DNA of 64,000 nucleotides from Escherichia coli (GTDB lineage Bacteria; Pseudomonadota; Gammaproteobacteria; Enterobacterales; Enterobacteriaceae): NCBI RefSeq assembly GCF_024700885.2, contig NZ_CP117016.1; one strand, 5' to 3'. Shown piece by piece: positions 18,960 to 29,425 of this stretch (position 1 is its first letter; each line of letters starts with the position of its first letter). The notes under the pieces were generated by a model. It saw only the letters and a program-made list of their open reading frames with translations, ran no database searches and was not told where the DNA came from. The position numbers and the translations under genes were made by a program.

Positions 18960-20477
18960 TTATTCAGTCGGCAGTGCTACGCGCCAGGGGAGCAGTTCGC
19001 CGACCCGGTTTATCGGCCAGTCGGCTATGACGTCAAGGACATAGCGGAGGTAGCTTTCTGGCTCCACTCCGTTCAGTTTGCACGTCCCGATCAGGCTGTA
19101 CAGCAGCGCTCCCCGCTCTCCTCCATGATCCGAACCGAAGAACAGGTAGTTTTTGCGGCCCAGACTGACCATCCGCAACGCATTTTCAGCGATGTTATTG
19201 TCCGCCTCAGCCCAGCCATCATCTGCATAGTACGTCAGCGCCGGCCACTGGTTCAGGGCGTATGCGAACGCTTTCGCCAGTTCTGAGTGTCGCGACAGGG
19301 TTTTCATCTTTTCACGCAGCCAGCTTTCCAGGGATTTCAGCAGCGGTTTCGTTTTCAACTGACGTTCGGCAAGGCGCTGCTCCGCCGTCATTCCCCTTAT
19401 CTCTGCCTCGATGGCGTACAGTTCGCCGATCCGTTTCAGCGCTTCCTCCGTCAGGGCTGACGGGGTACGAACGTGCACATCGTGGATTTTACGGCGGGCG
19501 TGAGCCCAACAGGCGGCTTCCGTTATCCGGCCATCCCGGTACAGCTCGTTGAACCCGGCGTATGCATCCGCCTGCAGTACACCACTGAACCCCGCAAGAT
19601 GGGTCTGCGGATGGATGCCTTTTCTGTCCGGGCTGTAAGCGAACCACACCGCCGGCGCCTGCGTTGACCCGGCGTTACGGTCGTCACGAACGTAGGTCCA
19701 TAACCGCCCGGTCTTCGTTTTCTTATTAGGCGTGTCATCAGCATGGAGCTTACCGTCAGTCAGCACATAGTCCTGAAGCGCCTCTTCCAGCGGAGACAGC
19801 AGCCGGCAGCATGCATCCACCCAGCCCGACAGCAGTGAACGGCTCAGCTCCACACTTTGCCGACCGTATATTTCTGACTGGCGATACAGCGGGGTGTGCT
19901 CTGCATACTTCGAGGTCAGCACGCGGGCCAGCAGCCCCGGTCCGGCGATACCCCGCTCGATGGGCCGTGAAGGCGCGGGGGCCTGCACGATGGCATCGCA
20001 CTGAGTACAGGCATGCTTTTCACGTACAGTCCGGATAACCCGGAAGGCGCTGCGCATCAGCTCCAGCTGTTCGGCGGCATCCTCACCCAGATAGCTCAGC
20101 GAGCCTCCACATTCCGGGCAGCATGACGCTGCCGGCAGCAGCCGTTTTTCATCGCGGGGGAGTGATTCGGGGAACGGTTTGCGGGTGCGGGTTTGACGCA
20201 GCGGGCGCTGCACGGCCGGGTCGTCAACCCGACCGGTAAGGGTATCACTTTCTTTCTGAAGTGCCTTCAGGTCAGCTTCCATCTGTGCGATACGACGGGA
20301 GACTTTTTCGGAGCAGCTGCCGAAGTTCATCCGGCGCAGCTTATCCAGCTGTGCCTGCAGATGGTCTATTTCGCGTTCACGCTCGTTCAGCTTTTCCAGC
20401 AGGGCACGGTTCAGCGCCTCCTGTTCGGCAAGGAGACGTTTCAGTGCATTGATATCGTCAGGAAGTGAGCTGCTCAT
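18960..20477 (-). CDS. tnpC: IS66-family transposase TnpC
   Basis: 505 aa with N-terminal coiled-coil/leucine-zipper region, CxxC zinc motif (CCPECGG...CTQCD) and IS66-type core. Confidence 0.85.
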   Translation of the reverse strand: MSSSLPDDINALKRLLAEQEALNRALLEKLNEREREIDHLQAQLDKLRRMNFGSCSEKVSRRIAQMEADLKALQKESDTLTGRVDDPAVQRPLRQTRTRKPFPESLPRDEKRLLPAASCCPECGGSLSYLGEDAAEQLELMRSAFRVIRTVREKHACTQCDAIVQAPAPSRPIERGIAGPGLLARVLTSKYAEHTPLYRQSEIYGRQSVELSRSLLSGWVDACCRLLSPLEEALQDYVLTDGKLHADDTPNKKTKTGRLWTYVRDDRNAGSTQAPAVWFAYSPDRKGIHPQTHLAGFSGVLQADAYAGFNELYRDGRITEAACWAHARRKIHDVHVRTPSALTEEALKRIGELYAIEAEIRGMTAEQRLAERQLKTKPLLKSLESWLREKMKTLSRHSELAKAFAYALNQWPALTYYADDGWAEADNNIAENALRMVSLGRKNYLFFGSDHGGERGALLYSLIGTCKLNGVEPESYLRYVLDVIADWPINRVGELLPWRVALPTE

Positions 20478-20525
20478 ACCGGGTATATTACCAGGCTCAT
20501 TCAGCGTCGACCAGGATAAAGAGGC

Positions 20526-20873
20526 TTACAACATAGTCAGGGACGTAAGCAGTCTTTTAGGCTGCCGCCAGTCGATACCTTCCAGCAGCATCGCCAGCTG
20601 TGCCGGTGTGAGGAACACTTTGCCATCCCGGGCTGACGGCCAGGCGAAGCGGCCGTGCTCCAGCCGTTTGGTCAGCAGACACAGTCCATCGCCGGTAGAC
20701 CAGAGGAGCTTTACCTGACTGCCATTACGCCCACGGAAGATAAAAACGTGACCTGACATCGGATCGTCTTTCAGCGTCGTCTGCACCTTTGCCGCCAGGC
20801 CGTTGAAGCCGTTTCTCATATCGGTGATGCCAGCGACCAGCCAGATCTTTGTCCCTGATGGTAATGGGATCAA
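20526..20873 (-). CDS. tnpB: IS66 accessory protein TnpB (orfB)
   Basis: 115 aa, KIWLVAGITDMRNGFNGLAAKV is typical of IS66 orfB. Confidence 0.8.
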   Translation of the reverse strand: MIPLPSGTKIWLVAGITDMRNGFNGLAAKVQTTLKDDPMSGHVFIFRGRNGSQVKLLWSTGDGLCLLTKRLEHGRFAWPSARDGKVFLTPAQLAMLLEGIDWRQPKRLLTSLTML

Positions 20874-21274
20874 CGTTTGAGCTCCCGTATCAGCAGGTTC
20901 AGGATATTTTCGCTGATGGCACCATTCAGACGGAGTGATCCGTGCCGGAACGTCACTTCACAGCTGATATTGAGTGATTCAGGTGTCGCAGCTGCTACAG
21001 GTTGTGACCGGGGGGAGGTTGTAGGGACAACATCTTCGGCATCAAGTGTTATCGGGAGCAGCTCAGGCACGTTGTTTTCTGTTGTTGAAGGAGGACGTAG
21101 TTTTCCTTCGCGCCAGTACTGGCGCCACTTGAACAGCAAATTATCGTTGATCCCATGCTCACGAGCGAGTTGCGCTACGGAGATCTCTGGTCGATGCGAG
21201 AGTTCAACCATTTTGATTTTGAACTCAACGGGATAATTAGGGCTTTTTTTACGCACTGCAGTTAATGATTTCAT
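20870..21274 (-). CDS. tnpA: IS66 accessory protein TnpA (orfA)
   Basis: 134 aa, first ORF of the element, 4-nt overlap with orfB. Confidence 0.75.
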   Translation of the reverse strand: MKSLTAVRKKSPNYPVEFKIKMVELSHRPEISVAQLAREHGINDNLLFKWRQYWREGKLRPPSTTENNVPELLPITLDAEDVVPTTSPRSQPVAAATPESLNISCEVTFRHGSLRLNGAISENILNLLIRELKR

Positions 21275-21359
21275 GGATAGCGTCCACCATATTTGGTGTC
21301 CACTATTCTCTCAGGAATTTCAGGATCTGCCAGACGGTGCTGAGACGACGCTTACAGAT

Positions 21360-21593
21360 ATGCCGGGTTACACAGAGTATGTCCTGGCTGAAGGATCTTT
21401 CTCATACGGGCAGGCGGTTGCTGTCATAACAGCTTACCGCAATGTGTTTATCCAGGATGACCCGGGAATGCATTTCCGTCGGATTATCCGCAACACGGAA
21501 GGTCAGCGACGCTGGCGCTGCCGGAATTCTGAACCCGATGCCGGAAAGGTGCTTAATACGCGGCTCGCCAGTGACGGTCTTCTCAGACAATAA
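21360..21593 (+). CDS. DUF905-like (YkfF-like) small protein; native Shine-Dalgarno displaced by the IS66 insertion
   Basis: ATG lies inside the right target-site duplicate; reconstructed pre-insertion sequence gives AGGAG-N9-ATG. Confidence 0.45.
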   Translation: MPGYTEYVLAEGSFSYGQAVAVITAYRNVFIQDDPGMHFRRIIRNTEGQRRWRCRNSEPDAGKVLNTRLASDGLLRQ

Positions 21594-21692
21594 ACGTCAT
21601 TCATTTCATCTGTCAGGCCGCGTCTTCTCCGGGAGACGTGGCTTTTTCATTTATTACACCAGTAAATCTTAACCACCGATAAGGAGCAAATT

Positions 21693-22511
21693 ATGCGACT
21701 AGCCAGTCGTTTTGGTTATGCGAACCAGATACGCCGTGACCGTCCGCTGACACACGAAGAACTGATGCACTATGTACCCGGTATTTTTGGGGAAGACCGG
21801 CATACCTCCCGCAGTGAACGCTATACGTATATCCCCACCATCACCGTGCTGGAAAGTCTGCAGCGGGAAGGCTTTCAGCCGTTCTTCGCCTGCCAGACCC
21901 GTGTGCGCGACCCGGGCCGCCGGGGATACACAAAACACATGCTGCGTCTGCGGCGGGCCGGAGAGATAAACGGAGAACATGTCCCTGAAATTATTCTGCT
22001 CAACTCTCATGACGGTACCTCCAGCTACCAGATGCTGCCGGGTTACTTCAGGTTCGTCTGCCAGAACGGATGCGTCTGTGGTCAGTCTCTGGGGGAAGTG
22101 CGTGTTCCGCACCGGGGAAATGTGGTGGAGAAAGTTATTGAAGGGGCTTACGAGGTGGTGGGGGTTTTTGACCGGATTGAGGAAAAGCGTGATGCCATGC
22201 AGTCGCTGATTCTGCCGCCACCGGCACGCCAGGCGCTGGCACAGGCGGCACTGACTTACCGTTATGGTGACGAACATCAGCCCGTCACCACCGCCGACAT
22301 TCTGACACCACGACGCCGGGAGGATTACGGTAAGGACCTGTGGAGTGCTTATCAGACCATTCAGGAGAATATGCTGAAAGGCGGAATTTCAGGTCGCAGC
22401 GCTAAAGGAAAACGTATCCATACCCGTGCCATTCACAGCATTGACACTGACATTAAGCTCAACCGCGCATTGTGGGTGATGGCGGAAACGCTGCTGGAGA
22501 GCCTGCGCTGA
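21693..22511 (+). CDS. DUF932-family (YafZ/YfjQ-like) island protein
   Basis: 272 aa; AAGGAG Shine-Dalgarno; position upstream of the antirestriction gene as in CP4-type islands. Confidence 0.65.
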   Translation: MRLASRFGYANQIRRDRPLTHEELMHYVPGIFGEDRHTSRSERYTYIPTITVLESLQREGFQPFFACQTRVRDPGRRGYTKHMLRLRRAGEINGEHVPEIILLNSHDGTSSYQMLPGYFRFVCQNGCVCGQSLGEVRVPHRGNVVEKVIEGAYEVVGVFDRIEEKRDAMQSLILPPPARQALAQAALTYRYGDEHQPVTTADILTPRRREDYGKDLWSAYQTIQENMLKGGISGRSAKGKRIHTRAIHSIDTDIKLNRALWVMAETLLESLR

Positions 22512-22565
22512 TTCAGCCATTACCCTGAAAACCACGCATTTATTTGTCCTTTAAGGAGTCATTTC

Positions 22566-23051
22566 ATGAAAACCATTTCACATAATTCCACCACATCTTC
22601 TGTTTCCGTAACCACTGCATCAGGGAATGACCAGCCTCAGTTGGTTGCCACCATAGTCCCTGATGAACAGCGCATCAGCTTCTGGCCGCAGCATTTTGGC
22701 CTCATTCCACAGTGGGTGACCCTGGAGCCCCGTGTCTTCGGCTGGATGGACCGTCTGTGCGAAGACTACTGCGGTGGTATCTGGAATCTGTACACCCTGA
22801 ACAACGGCGGGGCATTTATGGCACCCGAACCGGATGACGATGATGACGAAACATGGGTACTGTTCAATGCCATGAACGGTAACCGCGCTGAAATGAGCCC
22901 GGAAGCCGCCGGCATTGCTGCCTGTCTGATGACGTACAGTCATCATGCCTGTCGTACGGAGTGTTATGCCATGACGGTCCATTATTACCGGCTGCGGGAT
23001 TACGCCCTGCAGCATCCGGAATGCAGCGCCATTATGCGCATCATCGACTGA
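22566..23051 (+). CDS. antirestriction protein (KlcA/ArdB-like; YfjX/YafX family)
   Basis: 161 aa with acidic DDDDDE stretch; AAGGAG Shine-Dalgarno. Confidence 0.7.
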   Translation: MKTISHNSTTSSVSVTTASGNDQPQLVATIVPDEQRISFWPQHFGLIPQWVTLEPRVFGWMDRLCEDYCGGIWNLYTLNNGGAFMAPEPDDDDDETWVLFNAMNGNRAEMSPEAAGIAACLMTYSHHACRTECYAMTVHYYRLRDYALQHPECSAIMRIID

Positions 23052-23066
23052 ATGGAGGCAGGGACA

Positions 23067-23543
23067 ATGCAGCAGCTTTCCTTTCTGCCCGGAAACATGA
23101 CGCCCGGCGAGCGCAGCCTCATTCAGCGGGCCCTGAAAACCCTGGACCGCCATCTTCATGAACCCGGCGTGGCCTTCACCTCCACGCATGCGGCACGGGA
23201 ATGGCTGATTCTGAACATGGCGGGACTGGAGCGTGAAGAATTCCGGGTGCTGTATCTGAATAACCAGAATCAGCTGATTGCCGGTGAAACCCTCTTCACC
23301 GGCACCATCAACCGCACGGAAGTCCATCCCCGGGAAGTGATTAAACGCGCCCTGTACCACAATGCCGCTGCCGTGGTGCTGGCGCACAATCACCCGTCCG
23401 GTGAAGTCACACCCAGCAAGGCAGACCGCCTTATCACGGAACGTCTGGTACAGGCACTGGGCCTGGTGGATATCCGGGTGCCGGACCATCTGATAGTCGG
23501 TGGCAGCCAGGTTTTCTCCTTTGCCGAACATGGTCTGCTTTAA
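23067..23543 (+). CDS. yeeS: RadC-like JAB-domain protein (YeeS/YfjY/YkfG family)
   Basis: HNHPSGEVTPSKADRLITERL is the JAMM/RadC motif. Confidence 0.8.
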   Translation: MQQLSFLPGNMTPGERSLIQRALKTLDRHLHEPGVAFTSTHAAREWLILNMAGLEREEFRVLYLNNQNQLIAGETLFTGTINRTEVHPREVIKRALYHNAAAVVLAHNHPSGEVTPSKADRLITERLVQALGLVDIRVPDHLIVGGSQVFSFAEHGLL

Positions 23544-23605
23544 CCCGTCACAACCACATCACACCTGTTTTCACTTTTATCTTCTGTCTTCAGAGGTATC
23601 CCATT

Positions 23606-23827
23606 ATGAAAATCATCACCCGTGGTGAAGCCATGCGTATTCACCAACAGCATCCTGCATCCCGTCTTTTTCCGTTCTGTACCGGCAAATACCGCTGGCA
23701 CGGCAGTGTTGAGGCGTATACCGGTCGTGAAGTGCAGGATATTCCCGGTGTGCTGGCCGTGTTTGCTGAACGCCGTAAGGACAGTTTTGGCCCGTATGTC
23801 CGGCTGATGAGCGTCACTCTGAACTGA
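23606..23827 (+). CDS. yeeT: DUF987 protein YeeT
   Basis: MKIITRGEAMRIHQQHP...YRWHGSVEAYTGREVQDIPGVLAVFAERRKDSFGPYVRLMSVTLN matches YeeT as recalled. Confidence 0.8.
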   Translation: MKIITRGEAMRIHQQHPASRLFPFCTGKYRWHGSVEAYTGREVQDIPGVLAVFAERRKDSFGPYVRLMSVTLN

Positions 23828-23845
23828 GTCAGTAAGGGCATTCTG

Positions 23846-24529
23846 ATGAGCAGAATTATCACCACCACCGTGTATACACTGCATGAGCTATCCTCCACCG
23901 CACAGGAAAAAGCCCGCGACTGGTACCGTCAGCATCATGCTGACAGCAACTGGTATGAAAACGTGTATGAGGACTTCAGGGAGGTCTGAGGCATTTTCGG
24001 AATTGACCTCCGCCAGCGCGTTTTCCGGCTCAGCAACGGCAGGTTTATGGAAGAGCCGTGCATCTGGTTCAGCGGATTCTGCAGCCAGGGGGACGGAGCC
24101 TGTTTTGAAGGGCGCTGGCACTGGCAGCCAGCGACACCCCGGAAAATCAGGGAATATGCCCCTCAGGACCGTGAGCTTCATCGTATCGCGGATACCCTGC
24201 AGGCGGTGCAGAAACGTAACTTCTGGCAGCTTCAGGCTGAAATCAGTCACCGGGGACGTTACTGCCATCCGTACAGCATGGATATCACCGTCACCCGGAA
24301 CAGTCCGACTGGTCAGGCAATGACAACCGATGCGGAAGCCGCTGTCAGCGAAGCCCTGCGCGACCAGGCCTTCTGGCTGTACCGCCAGCTGGAAAACAAG
24401 TACGACTGGCTGACCTCAGACACCGCTGTGGATGAGGCCCTTCTCATCAACGAATATACCTTCACCGAAGCCGGTCTGCGCGCCGGCTGCCCCGTCATCG
24501 TTAAACTATCATTCACCGATTTTCTGTGA
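23846..24529 (+). pseudogene. about 227-codon reading frame interrupted by an in-frame TGA at 23987-23989
   Basis: ATG 23846 (47 codons), TGA, then the same frame continues through the 160-aa ORF 24047-24529. Confidence 0.4.
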
Positions 24530-24539
24530 GGATTTTATC

Positions 24540-24908
24540 ATGTCGGACACACTCCCCGGAACAACGCTTCCCGACGACAACAAAGACCGCTCCTGGTGGG
24601 GGCTGCCCTGCACCGTGACGCCCTGTTTCGGCGCCCGTCTGGTGCAGGAGGGTAACCGGTTGCATTAACTTGCAGACCGCGCCGGTATCAGAGGCCGGTT
24701 CAGCGATGCGGATGCGAACCATCTGGACCAGGCCTTTCCGCTGCTGATGAAACAACTGGAACTCATGTTCACCAGCAGTGAACTGAATCCCCACCGTCAG
24801 AATACCGTCACGCTGTATGCTAAAGGGCTGACCTGCCATGCGGACACCCTCGGCAGCTGTGGTTACGTTTATCTTGCTGTTTATCCGACGCCCGAAACGA
24901 AACAGTAA
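24540..24908 (+). pseudogene. cbeA: CbeA/YeeU-family antitoxin gene with in-frame TAA at codon 43 (24666-24668)
   Basis: MSDTLPGTTLPDDNKDRSWWGLPCTVTPCFGARLVQEGNRLH then TAA, and the same frame continues LADRAGIRG...[11 protein letters not shown] to the normal stop. Confidence 0.7.
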
Positions 24909-24997
24909 ATCACCGGAATAACCTTCTGCTCCGGCCTGGTGCTTTCACCACGCCACTTTTCCATTTTTCATCTCTGCATATCAGGAAAATCTTCAGT

Positions 24998-25375
24998 GTG
25001 AAAACATTACCCGACACACACGTACGGGAGGCATCGCGCTGCCCGTCTCCCGTCACCATCTGGCAGACACTGCTGTCCCGACTACTGGGCCAGCATTACG
25101 GCCTTACGCTGAATGACACACCGTTCGCCGATGAACGTGTGATTGAGCAGCATATTGAAGCTGGCATTTCACTGTGTGATGCGGTGAACTTTCTCGTTGA
25201 AAAATACGCACTGGTACGTACCGACCAGCCGGGATTCAGCGCCTGTACCCGCTCTCAGTTAATAAACAGTATTGATATTCTCCGGGCTCGCAGGGCAACC
25301 GGCCTGATGACCCGCGATAACTACAGAACGGTAAATAACATTACCCAGGGGAAGCATCCGGAGGCGAAACAATGA
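24998..25375 (+). CDS. cbtA: CbtA-family toxin (YeeV/YkfI/YpjF)
   Basis: 125 aa; [81 protein letters not shown] matches CbtA. Confidence 0.85.
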   Translation: MKTLPDTHVREASRCPSPVTIWQTLLSRLLGQHYGLTLNDTPFADERVIEQHIEAGISLCDAVNFLVEKYALVRTDQPGFSACTRSQLINSIDILRARRATGLMTRDNYRTVNNITQGKHPEAKQ

Positions 25376-25860
25376 AACTGGCCCTGACGTTGGAAGCCGA
25401 CAGCATTAATGTGCAGGCACTGAGCATGGGGCGAATTGTCGTTGATGTCGATGGTGTTAATTTCACTGAACTGATTAACAAGGTCGCTGAAAACGGTTAT
25501 TCACTCCGCGTGGTGGAGGAATCCGACCAACAGTCAACCTGCACACTACCACCGTTTGCAACCCTTGCCGGCATACGCTGCAGTACCGCACATATCACGG
25601 AAAAGGATAACGCCTGGCTGTACTCGCTGTCACACCAGACCAGTGACTTCGGTGAATCAGAATGGATTCATTTCACAGGTAGCGGATATCTGTTACGTAC
25701 CGATGCGTGGTCATATCCGGTTCTGCGGCTTAAACGCCTGGGGTTGTCAAAAACGTTCCGTCGTCTGGTTGTCACACTCATCCAACGTTATGGCGTCAGT
25801 CTCATTCATCTGGATGCCAGCGCTGAATGCCTGCCGGGTTTACCCACTTTCAACTGCTAA
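25372..25860 (+). CDS. hypothetical protein (162 aa), start overlaps cbtA stop (ATGA)
   Basis: 4-nt overlap with cbtA suggests translational coupling. Confidence 0.5.
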   Translation: MKLALTLEADSINVQALSMGRIVVDVDGVNFTELINKVAENGYSLRVVEESDQQSTCTLPPFATLAGIRCSTAHITEKDNAWLYSLSHQTSDFGESEWIHFTGSGYLLRTDAWSYPVLRLKRLGLSKTFRRLVVTLIQRYGVSLIHLDASAECLPGLPTFNC

Positions 25861-25871
25861 CCAGGAACAAC

Positions 25872-26069
25872 ATGAAATCATTAACCACGGAAACCGCACT
25901 GGATATTCTGATTGCGTGGCTGCAGGACAATATCGACTGCGAATCGGGAATTATCTTTGACAACGATGAGGATAGAACGGATTCGGCAGCACTGTTGCCC
26001 TGTATCGAACAGGCCAGAGAGGATGTCCATACCCTGCGCCAGTTGCAGTTTCTGCACCAGAACCGGTGA
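25872..26069 (+). CDS. yeeW: YeeW-like small protein (66 aa)
   Basis: MKSLTTETALDILIAWLQDNIDCESGIIFDN; position after cbtA as in CP4-44. Confidence 0.5.
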   Translation: MKSLTTETALDILIAWLQDNIDCESGIIFDNDEDRTDSAALLPCIEQAREDVHTLRQLQFLHQNR

Positions 26070-26165
26070 GTCTCACTCATCATCTCACTCACCAGACTTC
26101 ATTCCACTGACGCCAGCCTGAACACGGCTGGCGTTTTCATTTATCTGCAAAAAGGAATATCGATT

Positions 26166-26582
26166 ATGTCTGAAATCACAGTCTCCCGTCCGGAAGTGGT
26201 CAACGAGAATACGGACGTTATCTGCTCCACCTCAGTCAGGTACAGGTCACTGGAATATGATAATTTTCCGGAAATCAGCGAAGCGAACATTCTGAGCACA
26301 TTTGAACAACTGCACCAGAACAAAGATGAAGTGTTTGAACGGGGAGTGATCAACGTCTTCAAAGAGCTGAGCTGGGATTACAAAACCAACTCACCCTGTA
26401 AATTTGGCAGTAAAATTATCGTCAACAATCTGGTGAGGTGGGACCAGTGGGGATTTCATCTTATCAGTGGAATGCAGGCAGATCGCCTGGCTGACTTGGA
26501 AAGAATGTTGCATCTGCTCAGCGGTAAACCGATCCCCGACAACCGAGGGAATATCACCATTAATCTGGATGACCAACTATGA
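26166..26582 (+). CDS. hypothetical protein (138 aa)
   Basis: AAGGA Shine-Dalgarno before the ATG. Confidence 0.45.
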   Translation: MSEITVSRPEVVNENTDVICSTSVRYRSLEYDNFPEISEANILSTFEQLHQNKDEVFERGVINVFKELSWDYKTNSPCKFGSKIIVNNLVRWDQWGFHLISGMQADRLADLERMLHLLSGKPIPDNRGNITINLDDQL

Positions 26583-26703
26583 GACGACAATAACTCAGTC
26601 CGCCTGGCGCCGATTATTCTGGCCGGTTTTGTAACCTGAGTGTCATTTACATGATCCAACAGGAAATGGCGTGACGCTCAATACTTCTCAGGTCAGTTAC
26701 TAT

Positions 26704-28166
26704 ATGACTCAGCGTAAGAAAGGTATAACTCAGCATATCTCGGCCATGAAGGCTGGTATCTCAGTCCGTTCTGGTCGTCGGATCGAAAAAGGAGAGTGGG
26801 CAAAAAACAGTGTTCGGCACTGGCGCACACGCAAAGATCCTCTGGAAGCTGTGTGGGACAGCATGCTTGTTCCTCTGTTGAAAGAGAGGCCGGCTCTGAC
26901 ACCAACAACTCTGCTGGAGATGCTACAGGATAAATATCCCGGCCAGTACCCCAACAGCCTTCGAAGAACAATGCAACGGCGGGTCCGCGAATGGAAGCTA
27001 CAGTATGGTGCAGAGCAGGAGGTCATGTTCCGCCAGCGACATCAGCCCGGTCTGCGAGGTCTGTCGGACTTTACTGAACTGAAAGGTGTAGTTGTCACCA
27101 TCGCCGGTAAGTTGTTGGCGCATAAGTTGTATCACTTCCGTCTGGAATGGAGCCACTGGAGCTGGATGCGGGTTGTGCTGGGTGGTGAGAGCTTCTCTGC
27201 TCTGGCTGAAGGTCTGCAGGAAGCCCTCGGACAACTGGGCGGAGTGCCGGTAGAACATAAAACGGACAGCCTGAGGGCAGCATGGAAACAACAGGGCGAA
27301 GATGGACGCCGCGAGCTGACTGAGCGTTATGCTGCTCTCTGTCAGCACTACGGAATGCAGGGCGTACACAATAATGCCGGTCGGGGCCACGAAAATGGCT
27401 CGGTTGAAAGTGCCCACGGACATCTGAAAAGGCGTATCTGTCAGGCGCTGATACTGCGGGGCAGTAACGACTTCAGCACCATAGAAGAATATCAGGCCTT
27501 CATCACTCAGCAGGTTATGCGGCACAACCGTAACAATCAGGATCTGGTCAAGGAAGAACGTCTTCATCTGAAACCGCTGCCGCTTCGTCGCAGTGCTGAC
27601 TATGATGAGCTGACTGTGAGGGTTAGCCGCAGCAGTACCATCAATGTGAAGCACGTCGTCTACAGCGTACCTTCCCGGCTTGTAGGTCAACTGTTACGGG
27701 TCCGGTTATGGGACGATCGTCTGAGCTGTTACGTTGGCAGCAGCGAGGTCATGAGCTGCCCACGTGTCAGACCAGAAAAAGGGAAGACGCGGGCCCGTCG
27801 TATCGACTTCCGACATGTGATCGACAGTCTGGCAAAAAAGCCCGGTGCGTTCTGCCATGCAACGCTGAGAAATGACATCCTGCCAGACGATGAATGGCGG
27901 AGGCTGTGGCGTCGCTTATGTAATCATCTGGAACCCGACATGGCAGGCTGATGGTACATGCTCTGAAACTGGCTGCAGGATACGACGATATCTCAGTCGT
28001 GGCAAAAGGTATGGAGCAGATGCTGAATACCCCGGGAAACGTGGATCTGCACCGGCTGATGCGCTTCCTGGGTATAAAGGAAAAGGCGTTGCCGGTAGTC
28101 AATGTGAAACAGCATAACCTGAGCAGTTATGAGCAACTACTGCGTGGCAAGGGAGGTTCGCAGTGA
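26704..28166 (+). pseudogene. istA: IS21-family transposase IstA, frameshifted near 27950
   Basis: 426-aa ORF ends 27951; a 71-aa ORF in another frame starts at 27951 and runs to the istB start. Confidence 0.55.
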
Positions 28167-28918
28167 GCAATATCCATCACCTTGAACGCAGCCTGCGTAA
28201 ACTACGCCTGACACGAGTTGGAGCTGAATGGCACGCTCTGGAAAAACGAGCACTGGCAGAAGGCTGGACACCATCGCGCTATCTTCTGACGCTATGCAAT
28301 GAAGAACTCCTGTGGCGCGAGAGTGAAAAACTGCGTCGTTATAAAAAGGAGGCCCGGTTGCCAGTTGCCAAAACGCTAAGCGAATACGACTTCAGTCAGG
28401 TGCCGGAACTGAATGGAGCTCAGTTCCGGCAACTCTGTGAAACGACAGACTGGGTTGATGCAGGAGAAAACGTTCTGCTGTTCGGAGCCAGCGGGTTGGG
28501 GAAAAGCCATCTGGCGGCAGCGATCGTGGATGGCGTAGTAGGCCAGGGCTACCGGGCCCGGTTCTACAGCGCAGGAGAGTTGTTGCAGGAACTACGTAAA
28601 GCCAGAGCGCAGTTGAAACTGAATGAGCTGCTACTGAAACTGGATCGCTACCGGGTGATAGTGGTGGATGATCTTGGCTATGTCAAACGCGACAGCGCCG
28701 AAACGGGAGTACTGTTCGAGTTAATAGCGCATCGCTATGAACGTGGGAGCCTGGTGATAACCAGTAACCATCCGTTCAGCATGTGGGGCAGCATCTTCGT
28801 GGATGAGACTATGGCGGTGGCGGCGGCAGACCGGCTGATCCATCACGGATATATGTTCGAACTGAAAGGTGAAAGCTACAGGAAAAAGACAGCGAAGGCA
28901 GTAACAAGCGCGACTTGA
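28163..28918 (+). CDS. istB: IS21-family helper ATPase IstB
   Basis: Walker A LLFGASGLGKSHLAAAI, Walker B VIVVDDLGY, ITSNHPF...RLIHHG; start overlaps istA frame end. Confidence 0.8.
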   Translation: MSNIHHLERSLRKLRLTRVGAEWHALEKRALAEGWTPSRYLLTLCNEELLWRESEKLRRYKKEARLPVAKTLSEYDFSQVPELNGAQFRQLCETTDWVDAGENVLLFGASGLGKSHLAAAIVDGVVGQGYRARFYSAGELLQELRKARAQLKLNELLLKLDRYRVIVVDDLGYVKRDSAETGVLFELIAHRYERGSLVITSNHPFSMWGSIFVDETMAVAAADRLIHHGYMFELKGESYRKKTAKAVTSAT

Positions 28919-29254
28919 TGTCGCACTGAAGGGGGCGGCCAGTATAGTTGGCGCGAGTCGGCAAAACTAGTTGACGTCTAATAACATACAGTCCGTTCAG
29001 GGTAAAGGACGCTATGAAGATGAGATGTTCATCATTAAATACTTTAAGAAGGGATCTGCACACATCACTTTCAAAAGGCTGGAGCTGATTGACAGAATTA
29101 ACGATATAATAGCCAGGCACTTTCCTTCTGTGCTCTCAGCCTGACCCCGAGTTTGATTCCCTTTCGATATCAAAAGGGACTGCGGGTACAAAAGAGGGTA
29201 CATCTTTCACCAAACCAAACAAAATAAACTAATATCAACATGATAGAAGCATTC

Positions 29255-29276
29255 TTCGATTCCGAGTCCGGCACCA
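29255..29276 (+). repeat. 22-nt copy of the tRNA-Phe 3' end (TTCGATTCCGAGTCCGG-CACCA), island att-type direct repeat; not an intact tRNA
   Basis: Matches the pheV/pheU 3' end with one G missing; no D or anticodon arm upstream. Confidence 0.6.
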
Positions 29277-29425
29277 CTATTCTAAAGAACCCGCCCACAA
29301 GGCGGGTTTTTGCTTTTGGATCTTTATATAAAATAAACTTGGGAGCATAACGCCATCAGGTCTTAAACACTCCCGAATCATCAATAAACATCCCCCGCTA
29401 ACAAAACACAGTTCAGTTCACATAA

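Larger units (their letters stand above)
18923..21355 (-). mobile_element. IS66-family insertion sequence (about 2.4 kb) flanked by 8-bp direct repeats AGATATGC
   Basis: Termini GTAAGCGT...ACGCTTAC; identical AGATATGC at 18915-18922 and 21356-21363; three-ORF tnpA-tnpB-tnpC organisation. Confidence 0.8.
26640..28960 (+). mobile_element. IS21-family insertion sequence (istA-istB); ends not resolved, coordinates approximate
   Basis: istA/istB gene pair with overlapping stop/start; terminal repeats not confidently identified. Confidence 0.5.

Noticed and set aside
22620-23531. 303-aa minus-strand ORF spanning the antirestriction and RadC-like genes
   Set aside because: Antisense to two genes that both have good Shine-Dalgarno sites and recognisable motifs; no start context of its own.
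26998-27690. 230-aa minus-strand ORF inside istA
   Set aside because: Antisense to the IS21 transposase frame.
29255-29276. Possible tRNA-Phe gene
   Set aside because: Only the last ~22 nt of the tRNA are present; upstream sequence has no D-arm or anticodon arm, so it is an att-type remnant, not a gene.
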